DNA from: Vermamoeba vermiformis
Taxonomy: Eukaryota
DNA: 64,000 bases
NCBI GenBank assembly: GCA_045837725.1
Contig: JBEWZL010000126.1
Span: forward strand, 124,001 to 188,000
Direction: 5' to 3'
The notes under the pieces were generated by a model. It made no database searches, had not been told where the DNA came from, and saw nothing but the letters and a program-made list of their open reading frames with translations. The position numbers were made by a program, and so were the translations under genes. Below are positions 1 to 11,394 of this stretch, piece by piece. Within the stretch, counting starts at the first letter, position 1. The number at the start of each line of letters is the position of its first letter.

Positions 1-237
1 GGGTGTTCTAGTCGCGCGAGGTTAAACAAATCCAATTTCGGACATCCGCGGCTCGGTTCTATTGCAAACTAGAATACCGAAGACTGTTTTTATTTACAAA
101 ATATTGCTATTGTATTTGTACATTACTATAAGCGTCTCTAAGAGGAACGTGAAAGCTCCACGAATACCAAAAAATATTTTACAATAATAGGACGATACGG
201 TCCCGTAGAATAGACGACTGGTTATTACAACATGACA

Positions 238-1105
238 CTAATTGTCAATTTTAGTGTAGTGAGGTACGACTCTAAAGACGAAATAAGAATTTAGCTATCG
301 ATCTAATCGATTGGTTTAGCGTTTCCTGCTTACCGCTTGATACGTGGGTTGATAAGACTTCGTCCTGCCTTCCGTTTAACTCCTTTAGGCTGATTCGCGG
401 CTCTGTTGTTATCTACAGTCAACGTGTCGACCATCGCAGAGGGCTGTGATTGCATCGAGAATGTTGCAACAGGCAAGCTGGATTTGACCTCAGTCTTGAA
501 ACCTGTAACGATCTTAGCTTCGTCCGTATATTCATAGCTGCACTTACCGTTATTTCTCGCAGAGCCGCCAGCACGCACTTGATCAACCAACGAGAAGACG
601 AGTTGAACAAACGCGGAGTCATTATCAGGAGCGCGTCTAAGAACGGTGAGGTAAGCAATTTTGAAGAGCAATCCGACAGAATTCACTTACGCCAACTCGA
701 AAGTAACCGAGGTCTGTTGTTTATCATCAAAAGAGCACCAAATAGTCATCGTAAGCTGATCTTCATCCATTGAAATGAACAAATCATCGTTTCCAAGCGC
801 TTCTTTAATTTTCTCGAAAAATATTTGCCAAGAGAGGCTCTCCATATCGAGGGCGCGTTTCTGCACCAACAATTAGCAAATCTACGAATTTCAATGATTT
901 CCTTAAAATAAATTCAAACTACCTGCTTATCCAATGCATCTAGCGAATAACTTGACGCCCATAGCTCTTTGTCGTCCAAGCAAGCACAGCTGACCTTCAG
1001 CTTGGCTTTTCTTGCCTCGAGCTTACAGATGTAGTTCTTACCCAGCGAGGTGACCTTAGCGTAGGTGCTGTCTACAATTATCAAATAATCCTCTGCTTTT
1101 GACAT
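238..1105 (-). CDS. PAXX-like NHEJ accessory factor (XRCC4/XLF superfamily), 4 exons
   Basis: ORF pieces 914-1105, 687-872 and 330-686 join in frame at GT-AG introns. An N-terminal beta-rich head, a helical stalk and a disordered tail end in KRKAGRSLINPRIKR, resembling the PAXX Ku-binding motif (GESLINPG). The last short exon (VVPHYTKIDN*) is predicted. Confidence 0.6.
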
Positions 1106-1389
1106 CTACAGCTGTTATTTCATTTGAATATTGAAGGACGATTCAAATTGTGTAACGGATAGATTTGAGATTTCGCGGGCCAACAGTCACATGCCCAGTC
1201 CCGTGCAAAGTAAGGCGAATCAGCTGATGCTAGAGCACGACGTATTAACGAAATCTAATGAAGGTCCGCGGACCTCATAATTGGAATTGGTCCACCCAGG
1301 CAAACTCTTTGAAATCTGCGTTGTGTTTCTATTTTTGTCGAAGATTTTGGTTCAAAGCATTTAGTTTTATCAATTCGCACATTAACAAC

Positions 1390-4059
1390 ATGAGCGGACG
1401 TAAGATTACTCTCGCCGAAGTGGCCCAACACAACAAAGCCGATGACTTGTGGATTGTCGTCGCAGGCAAGGTGTATGATGTGACAAAGTTCTTGTCCGAA
1501 CATCCCGGTAAGTTCGTACTACGATAACGTATTTATAAATGATATATTCACCACAATTTAAACATTTTGGCACGTAATTTCGAAAGTGCAACGTTTCTTC
1601 AAAGAGTTTTTTTGGATTCAAATTACGTATTTAAAAATAATTTCAAGAATGAAGCCTTGTAGAATTAGTTATGAATTTACTACGATGATTTTTCGTAATA
1701 TTTCCAATGGAATCATTTATTTAAATGGATTTGTCTCCACAGGTGGCAAGAAGGTCCTCGTTAATGTCGCTGGCAAAGACGCTACCAATCAATTTAATCA
1801 ATTCCACAAAGCCGATGTATTAGACAAATACGCGCCCAAGCTTTACATTGGAGACGTCACCGAAGGAGATGCGCGTCACTCCAACTTGGATAACAAGAAA
1901 TCTGTTCGTACTAACCCCGAAGGAATGACAGTCGCTCCTATGCAATTTGCTGCTGCTTTAGGAGGTAAGCTCAACAAATAGTCGACAATTATGCCTTAAA
2001 TACAGTAGTTAGATGAATAGCCGCTATTTAAGTGCATATTTTACGTTATTGCTCAGAAAGTTTTTAGAAGGCGTTCTAATTAATGAAATACGTTGCTAAT
2101 GTAGTTTATAATAGAGGGCACGTTCGGCGACCTCGTTCCGTTTGGGGATCCGTCGTGGTACCAAACCTGGCACTCAACTTATTACAACGAATCTCACAAG
2201 AAATTCCGTGCTGCAGTCCGCGAGTTTGTTGAGAAGAACGTGATGCCGTTTGTTAACGAATGGGACATGAAGAAACATTTCCCTAGAGACTTGTTCAAAA
2301 AGTCGTATGAGGCTGGTGCGTGGATCTTTCATAATACCGCGATTCAAAGGAGTTTTCTAATATTCGATTATGGACTATAGGTATTTTGCCGAGCGGTGCT
2401 GGTGCTCCTTGGCAGACTGAATACGCTGGCACTCACATCGCTGGTGGTGTCAAGCCCGAAGAGTTTGATTACTTCCACGAGTTGATTGCCGTCGATGAGA
2501 TGTGCCGCTGTGGTGCTGCTGGTGTTTCCGCCAGTTTTGTTGGTCTTAGCATCGGTAAGCGAACCACACATACGCTGGATCTGCTCGCGTCCCTGGTCTT
2601 ACTAGTCAATTAGGCTTGCCTCCTGTCTTGAAGTTTGCCAACAAGGCACTCAAGGATAAGGTCGCTGGTCCTTGCTTGAAGGGTGACAAGATCATCTGCT
2701 TGGCTATCACTGAACCGTGGGCCGGATCTGATGTTGCTAACATTCGCACTGAAGCCAAGTTGACCGCTGACGGCAAGCACTACATTGTCAATGGCGAGAA
2801 GAAGTGGATCACTAACGGTAAGCGTTATGTCCAAAAATTAGTGGCCGTGCGCGGATGTGGAACAAGTGCAGTTCTAGCTAAAGTAGTGACCCGAACACGG
2901 CGTTGCAAAGCGTCTCGGGCACGACCACACTAACAAGAATGCACCGCTTCCCGTCCGATCAGCGAAGTTAAGCTTGTTCAGGCCTTCTTAGTACTGGGGT
3001 AGGAGACTACCTGGGAATCGGAGGTGTTGTGCTCTTATCTTTTTGCATTCGGCTCTTATTCCTTTTTTTGTTTTCGTGTGGGATTCTTTCTTTTTCCTAT
3101 TGAGATCCGGATGCGACATCCGCTCGTGGTTTACTTTTTTTTAACGTTACCAAATAATTAACTTCCGTATTCAGGTGTCTACGCCGACTTCTTCACCGTT
3201 GCTGTTCGCACTGGCGGTCCTGGTATGGAAGGCATTTCGCTTTTGTTGTTGGAGAAGGGTATGCCTGGCATTACCACCCGTGAAATGCACGTCAGCGGTC
3301 TCTGGGGCTCCGGCACCACTTATATTACCTTTGAGGACGTCAAGGTTCCTGTTGAGAACCTGATCGGCAAAGAGGGTCGTGGATTCAAGTACATTATGAG
3401 GTACGCATGACTATAATATTACGATCTAGATACTAAACTGACTGTTTTGTTTCTTATTAGTAACTTCAATCACGAGGTATGCATGACTATAATATTACAT
3501 TCATAGTAAACTAACTGTCTTAGCGATGGGGCATTATTGTTCAAGCCATCCGTTGTGCTCGTGTTTGTTACGAAGAGTCCTTCACTTACGCCCACAAGAG
3601 AAAGGCATTCGGCAAGAGATTGATTGACCAGCCTGTCATTCGTAACAAGCTGGCTCACATGGCGTACGTATTATTATTCCAAATTTTCGAAATTATGGCA
3701 GTAAATTGATCCGGTTAAATTTTAGTCGCCATATTGAGGCTTCTCAAAACTGGCTTGAGAACGTAACCTATCAAATGACCAAGATGGGTGAACAAGAGGC
3801 TAACATCAAGCTTGGTGGCCCTATTGCCCTCTTGAAGGCTCAAGCCACGCTCACCTTCGAGTTGTGCGCTCGTGAGGCCGCACAGGTTATGGGTGGTATT
3901 GCTTATACTATGGGCGGTCAGGGCGCTAAAGTTGAGCGATTAAACCGTGAAGTGCGTGGTTGTGCTATTCCTGGTGGCTCCGAAGAAATCATGCTCGATC
4001 TCGGCATGCGTCAAGCCATCAAGATCTACCAGATGACCTCAAAGATGTCAAAGTTGTGA
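1390..4059 (+). CDS. Cytochrome b5 domain-acyl-CoA dehydrogenase fusion, multi-exon
   Basis: N-terminal [15 protein letters not shown] cytochrome b5 heme motif. ACAD motifs [35 protein letters not shown] and IPGGSEEIM lie across spliced exons. Confidence 0.93.
2917..3035 (+). rRNA. 5S rRNA gene located in intron 2818-3174 of the acyl-CoA dehydrogenase gene
   Basis: 119 nt. Helix I GGGCACGAC/GTTGTGCTC; conserved CCCGTCCGATC, box A AGTTAAGC (2966-2973), loop E TTAGTACTG and ACCTGGGAA. Followed by a T5 run. Confidence 0.95.
3040..3044 (+). terminator. Pol III oligo-T terminator of the intronic 5S gene
   Basis: TTTTT a few nt after the 5S 3' end, with further T runs downstream. Confidence 0.7.
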
Positions 4060-4487
4060 AGAGGCACGCAAGTACTCCGCTACCACGACTTGAATAGTGT
4101 TTATTAGTAACCCCATATCTCGCAGTGTATTATTTGACAATAATACGAAATTTTTGCAAAGATTAGATTTTCTATAACGTTCGAAATTTAAGTTTTACGG
4201 ATACTATTAATAACAGGCATCTTGCTACACACAGCATAATATCAAAGTAAATAGTACTGTTAAGCGGGCCGAGCAATGGTAAGCAATTTTCAAGCCCGTT
4301 TATTCGTACTTATTCGTTATACACGAGACCAAAATTAATTTTATTGCAAATAACGTGCAATTTCATGTGCCAATCCAAATTTAGTGCAAAATCTTTTAAA
4401 ATTTATTTGCACGTGGCCGAATCAACTATAAATTTGAATGATTACGTCCGTTTATTCAACTCACAAACCAAACAACAACAACACAAT

Positions 4488-5145
4488 AATGAGCAAGCTA
4501 ATTCTCATCGCACTCATTGCTTTCGTCGGCATTGTTTTCGCTGACATAGAGAGAGTAAGATACCAGCTCCCTGCCGGCGTGATCTACAATGGTCCTCTGT
4601 TTTCTGGCTATCGTGGTAGAGTTCAGCGTGCTATTTTCTCCTTCGCGGAATCCTACACGACCTGCAACCGCAACAAAATGATTGAAGTCTTCGACGAGGA
4701 TGTGCTCTTCTCGTACCTCTTCGCCAGATACCAAGGCCTTACAGCTGCTCTGACCGACATAGATAGTTACTGCGTGCCCACCTCTCGCCCCAACAACGTC
4801 TCTGTCTTCTTTGAAGCTGATGGGTTCTCAATCGATCCAGCCACCCGCAACGTTGGCGTGAAGGTTCAATTCAGACAAACAACTCAAGCTGGCGTTCGCT
4901 CGGTAGTCAATGATATTTGGTTTGGCAAGACCAACTTCTGGGGCGACCAATTTACCGAGTTCACTGAATGGTTGTCAGATTCCGTTCGATTCCTCCAACA
5001 ATACGGAGTGTTGAACTACGACGAAGGCGCCAATCCTCTCTTGCCGTGGCCTACTTATGTACCTGGTCGTGAAGGTTGTGCTCGCCGTGTTACGCACACT
5101 TGCCCAGATGCACCTTGCCAACCTTCTCAATGCGTTCGTCCCTAA
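4488..5145 (+). CDS. Secreted SnoaL/NTF2-like fold protein, intronless
   Basis: Signal peptide MSKLILIALIAFVGIVFA; SnoaL-like pattern FAESYTTCNRNKMIEVFDEDVLF; Cys-rich C-terminal tail. The fold call is by pattern only. Confidence 0.55.
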
Positions 5146-5456
5146 GCCTGTATATAAAGCGAACGCTGTATTAAATTATTATACCATTGTAGATTATGTA
5201 AAAACAAATCATTATTATTACTCAGTTTCCTCGTTCATTCGTCTTGCGGATAGCAAATAACCAGTTTTGGTTCCTCTAGTAGTAGAGTACTACTATATAG
5301 TAGTAGTACCCAATTTTTTTTTGCTATTATTCTTTAGTCGCACAAATGGCCATTTAACAGACTCAAAAATGAGACTGGCGTTGTGTCCACAATACGTCAA
5401 TTAGAATAACACAATGAAGTTTGTTCTATCTACCTTACAAACTTGTTCCATTGAAA

Positions 5457-8400
5457 ATGGCAACAACAACACCCGAAGACATCGATTTAATTGATGATAT
5501 ATGGCAGAGGATATTTAGTAGCCTAGATTACAGGTGCAGAGTTTCCCTCTTTCGGGTAAATCTGCTACTCTTTTGAAAAATAGGAATATTTTCTATATTT
5601 AGTATTATTTCAAATATCAAGGCACCGAATTTTCTTACTCCGGCTGTATCTTGTTATTTTTCTTCGAAATAATCAATTAATTATAAATTAATTGAATAGC
5701 CGTTTTAAAATTGCTTTTCTTTAACAACCATTTCTCATACTATTGAAAGATCTCAAAACGATGGAAAGCGCTGGCCTCTAACCCCGTTTGTTGGACATTT
5801 CTGGATGTGACGCTTCCCAGCGAAAGAGAACCGGAAGCTAGCGAGCGAACAGCTCTGTTTTGCAAATTCGTCGCTAAGTATTGCTCTTTGACGACGAAGA
5901 TCAAAATAGAGAAAGAGGACTCTTTCATGTTTTGGACGATCATGCAGGCCCTCTTTCCACTCCGGCACTTGCGCTACTTGAAGATGATTGTCCGTGGAGG
6001 TGGCGCTTATCAACCTCTAAATGGGTCTTTATTTCCAAAACCAGATTGGTCGAATCTAATTTACCTCAATTTGCAATTGCACGAAGCACAGCTTTTAAAT
6101 GAAGGGTGGGCTTGGGTCAGACTGACCGAAGTATGAACCGAATTCAGCTTTGTAATTTCACTCACAAATGTTACTTTAGGGTGCGCCTAACCTAGAAGAA
6201 ATCCACTTGGCTCAAACGCGACCAAGAATGGATCGCACTTCGTTCGTAAATGGGTTGGCGAATTGCCAGAAATTGAAACTATTGACGATGCCAGATGTAT
6301 CGCGTCTAACGACTGGCGCCACAAATCCAGGCCCTCAAATTCAGCAGGTGGTCGTTATGGAGTCTATTTACGAACTCTTGCCGGATCTACAAACTGTTAT
6401 TATTCCGACTATTGAGAAAGGTCTTCGAGTAGGAGGCTTTGGGCAAGGATTTGGTCCTGCCACACTCTTTGGAGCCCCGCAAGCATTCGGTGGAGGTTTT
6501 GGGCAAGGATTTGGTGCTCCTGCCAATTCAACACTGTTTGGAGCCCCACAAGCATTCGGCGGAGGGTTTGGGCAAGGATTTGCTCATGCCAATCCAACAC
6601 AGTTTGGCGGAGGCTTCGGCGCTCCTGCCACACCGCCTCTGTTCGGCGGCCCACCACCATTTGGCGAACAACAACAGACTGAAAAGTTATCGTTAGAGTA
6701 CCATGGCAACACTCTTGTGGTCACCGAGGAAATTCTTCGATCACGCGACTTGGAAATCGTAACGAAAATTGGACACCTGCTCAAAAAAACAAACTACGTT
6801 GGCTATTTTATGCGGAGACTTAACAGTGCCGGTGGTTTAGAACAACTGACAGCTCCATTGATGCACTATTTAATCAACGAACTGAAGCTAGATATTAACC
6901 GCAGCTCTGCACAAGCGGATCCGTTTGCAGTTGATGTATTTCGTGTGGAAGCATTTTCACCAGTAAGTAGAAGCGATATCAAAAATCAATATTAACATGT
7001 TATCTTTTACTGCAAGGTCTATCCGCTAAGTTCCGTATTGGATGATGTCGAACAAGTTCAGTTGATGCTTGACTTCGGAGCAGATCCGAATTGCCCTGAT
7101 GGAGTCCCACCGTTGGGGTTTGGTACCATATCTAAAGATAGCTGCATTCTTCTACTTGAGCGTGGAGCGGATCCTCTGAAGCAAGTTGACCGGGCACCCG
7201 TAATATGCCGCTGGTTTACAAAATTTTCTGACCAAGGTACATTTGACATAATGAAAGCCTCAAGTTCTGTCGAACACTCATATTTCTAATTTTCATCCAG
7301 ATCTTGCCGAGATTTTGACGGTGGTGTTAAACAAAGGATTAATTGAGGTTAATCAAAAGATAGATGGTTCGAAAACTCTCCTTGATGTAAGTATAGTTTT
7401 ACTCTATCGAATTAATAAAGCTTATGTGAGTTCTGATGATTAGTTTGCCGTTGCAAACGAGCACTCGCTTACAATTCAAGAGTTGCTTGCACGCGGAGCA
7501 AGATGGACACCGCGAGCGATGGATAAGTTGATTCATTGGGATCTTAATAAGGTGAGGCAAAGTATTCGCGGGTAATACAACTAACACTCTATTTATTAGT
7601 GTTCTGATGTCATGACGAGCGGCAAGTTTGATGTTAGTCAATTGCTTCTCGGTACCGCGTTGACGGCGATACAACGTGACATGTATCCACTTGTGTAAGT
7701 GCCCATAATTTTGGTAGAACTTATTGGTTTAATCTAATTGAGCAGTCGTGAGCACCTTCAGAATCTTCCTCGCGATCTTGATCAGAACGGTTTTGGAGTG
7801 GTGCACTACCTTTCATTGCTACAACAAAATGCCATGCCGAGTCAGGCAAAGACTGGAATTACAGGAACGTTTTGGGGCGAAGATAGTGCTACTGTAGCAC
7901 CCATCGAATCTGCAGAACAAAGTCTTCGTGAACTGGATAAAATGATCAAAGAGCTCAACCTGGACGTCAACTTAAAGACGTCTAATGGAGAGACACCCTT
8001 ATTGTTAGTATGTAGCGATGTCAAAGAGAACGTCGGTGTTGTAAATGCATTGCTCGATAACGGCGCAAATATCAACGAACCAGTAAGTATATTTTTCGGA
8101 GTAAGGTATTGATCGCCTATTTAACGTACAATTCTTATCGAAGGACATTCACGGATGGACTCCACTTCACGCAGCGCTATTTGGAGGCAAACGTGAAACG
8201 GCGCAATTGCTCTTGTCGCGTGGAGCGAATATTAACGCACAAGACAAGCTCGGTATCACTCCTGTGATGGCGTTTTCACTCTCGTCTAGCCTTGATGATA
8301 ACAAGATCTTACCACTCTGGAATATAATCGTCGAACATGGCTTTGACGTCGCTCTGCCTGATAAAGTACGTCAATCAATTTCCTTTCGTATTACTAATCA

Positions 8401-10919
8401 ACGTGTAGATCTTGCACCGATCAATATTACATCATCTTACTGCTTTCGGAACCTGCAAATGCGTCGAGATCCTCTTGGACAAAGTACCTGGACTTGATAT
8501 TAACTGTCGGTACGTACACAAGACCTTTGCGGGCCTTCATTAACGAACTACTGCTCAGTGACGTGCATGGATTCACGCCGCTACATTATGCAGCCCGAGC
8601 TGAGGACCAACAGATGATGAAGTTATTGGTCGAGCGTGGTGCAGACACCAACGCAACGAGTACCGTTCTGAAGTTGACACGCAAGTAGTTAATTTAAGCT
8701 AAGAATTATTTCTAACTGACGCTTTGTAGCCTTCGCCGTCTTACTGGCGCTGTACAGCCAAACGTCTCCTTACACAATCTATGTAACACATTACGGCCAC
8801 ATGAATAGAGACAAAACATTGGATGAAAAAGTGGATATTATTGTTGACCCAGATGCGTAAGTCAATTTTCCGTAGTAAGTCGCAGGGCTAATTTTGCTTA
8901 GCACTGTGGCCTTATGCAAACTGAAGAAACCAGTGTGGTGCGTTGACAAAGTCAGCAATACTTTCTCGTAAGTTATCACCATCGGTGCCATATCTTAAAT
9001 TAACCCTATGCAGTTTCCGCAGCGAACCTGGTACAATTTCACCGCGTTTTATTCCTTGGCCGACTGATTTGTCCCTCACGGATCGATTTGGAAATAACTC
9101 GTTGCATACGGTAAGCCGAACTATGTTATTCTAATTTAACTTGACATGGATATTAATATTTTTGCAGCTGGTAATGGTATCGGGATGTGGGCAGCAGAAC
9201 AGTCCGCTTAGATCAGGAGGCCTTTCAAAAGAGTGGCACAAATTGTGGTCGAAGCCGAACAAGCGCGGAACAACTCCGTTTCATATGTAAGATTGATCTA
9301 GTTCTGTAATCGTGAACCTATGATTAATTACGACGGTTTTAGGTTTGTCCAGAATTACGTGTAGGTTTAGGCCTTAAACGATTGTCGGTTCTTACCTTTC
9401 TTTCTAGTCCCCCAGAAATCGATTATTTGACCGAGTTATTGACGTCTGAGCAACACGAACTACTGTATAGCCTCAACAACAAAGATGAGCACGGCAAAAC
9501 CGCCCTTGAATACTTACTCGACAACGGCCACGTTCATGCCATCGCCAATAAGCTGTTCAATATCAAAGGTTTGAATTCTACCTAGCAGCGCACGAAAATA
9601 CCGTCGAATGTTCCAATGAATTAACATCGCTATTTTTCTGTAGGAATCAATTTTACAAGCCCTTCCGTTCTTCCTCCACCCACATCGTTGCTTCACTCAA
9701 CAATTGCTCACCGTAATGTGAGAACGGAATTGTTGACCAAGCTGGCTGAGACAGACCCGAGCGCGTTGAATCTGAAAGTCAATGGAAAGACTCCGTTAGT
9801 GCTATTTGTTGAGAAGGTACTGTGATACAACTTATTTTCTCTCGCTGACACTTTGTGCGAAGCTGTTGACTGATCCTGACCTATTCCGAGAAGACTCGTT
9901 GTTGGACTGTTTCTTGGAATGCAAAGGTACTCGTGCTTATCGATTTAGCGTGGATATTCGAACTGACACTTGTTTCTCAGTGGATCTGAACGCTCAAGAC
10001 AACGAAGGAAACACTGCTCTCCATTACGCATGCTACTTCTTTCATCTTGGTGCTTGGGACAGTTATCACGTGCAAAGCCACACATTGCAGGGGTCATGTG
10101 TGTTCAGTGTGACCTTATTCAAGCTTCTTGAAGGTAAAAACTGAGAGCGAGCAGATCTCCATTTTTTCTTTCCTTTTCCCAATATATTTCGCAGCGAAAA
10201 AAAAAAAAAAGAACGACAAAAAAAGAAGCCGGGGAGACGAAGAGCAGGTAGAAATAGAGTCCAGGGGGAAGGGAAAATTAAAAGAAAGGAAAAACGTGGG
10301 GCTGAAACCAAGGGCAGAGGAAAAAAGGAATAAAGAACAGAAGCCATTGGGGAAAGAAGGGATAGAGAAAGACCGAAAACCAAAAAAAAGAATAAAAAAT
10401 GAAAAGGAGAAAAAAGAAGAAAAATATAAAAATGCTAGGAGAAAGGAGGACACACCCTAACGTTAAAACCTTCAGGGAAACGCAGAAGAGAGGACCCAGG
10501 GAGGGAAGAGAAAAAAAGAAAAAAAAAAACCAGAGAGGAAAGAAGGGGGACGCAAAAACCTGGGGGGGAGTTTGGGGAAGTAGTTTGCTTAGATTACTCA
10601 ACAGACGATAGCCTGGGCTACTATTGAGCTTATTTATGAGAAATGGGAGCAGCCATGTCCAAATTCTGGTACGTCTACCGTGTAGACTTCCAGTTGGTTA
10701 AGGAATATTGTCATTAATATAATAATTCATTTAGGAGGAGCACGAGTTGATATTAAGAACAATGAGGGCCAGGCACCGATCGACATTCTGCCAAATCTGC
10801 TCCAACTCGACAGATCTCTTGTGCGATTGGTCAAAGAACGAAGAGACAAAAAATTAATGGCAACAGTACCCCAATCAACGGAACACTCATCCGTGTCTCA
10901 AACAACATTCGCATTCTAA
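5457..10919 (+). CDS. F-box + ankyrin repeat protein, copy 1 (many introns)
   Basis: F-box LIDDIWQRIFSSLD...|ISKRWKAL. Multiple ankyrin repeats (GETPLL, GWTPLH, GFTPLHYAA, GNTALHYAC) in spliced exons. The last exon ends at TAA 10917-10919. Confidence 0.85.
6432..6662 (+). repeat. Coding tandem repeat (~60-70 bp unit, about 3 copies) encoding GGFGQGFG-x-TLFGAPQAF
   Basis: Repeated GGAGG(C/T/G)TTTGGGCAAGGATTTG...GGAGCCCC(G/A)CAAGCATTCGG is directly visible. Confidence 0.85.
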
Positions 10920-11394
10920 TGACGTGCCTGTTTGGATCCAAACACAGGTAAAGAATTGATAAAATAAATGTTTTTTTTATCGGTTGCCCTGAGGTCTGAA
11001 TCGTGCTCATCTGAAGTCGGTTTGTTTCTAGCTGACAATTTCAATTTTTCTAGTCACTAGAAGTAACGATGCACAAAGCGGATGTGTACTCCGTTGTCAT
11101 GTTTCGGATCGCTGCGCCAACTTCAGATATGCACGAAACTACCCAAAAGGCGGTTTCGATGTTGTGACTAGAAACAAGTCACTGTAAAATCAGTAATTTT
11201 TACTTTTTATCTAATACCTTTTTAGGTGTAGAAGAATAATGAATTCGTACAAACATGTTTCAGGTACTTGAGACTATTTAAGTAGTTCATTACTGTAACG
11301 AGGGGTATCAATTAAATTTTTACAAAAATGGCGCCAAACAAACTTGACGTCAATGTGACACGCCAGAAGTGCCATTGTCCCATTTTTGACCACT

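Noticed and set aside
1390-1981. Cytochrome b5 fused to acyl-CoA dehydrogenase as a novelty
   Set aside because: This architecture is already known from fungi and protists.
5288-5305. 18-bp perfect palindrome TACTACTATATAGTAGTA
   Set aside because: It is built from a TAG/CTA microsatellite, with no second copy or associated element.
10066-10611. Several Lys-rich or Phe-rich ORFs on both strands
   Set aside because: They are by-products of a low-complexity purine tract inside an intron.
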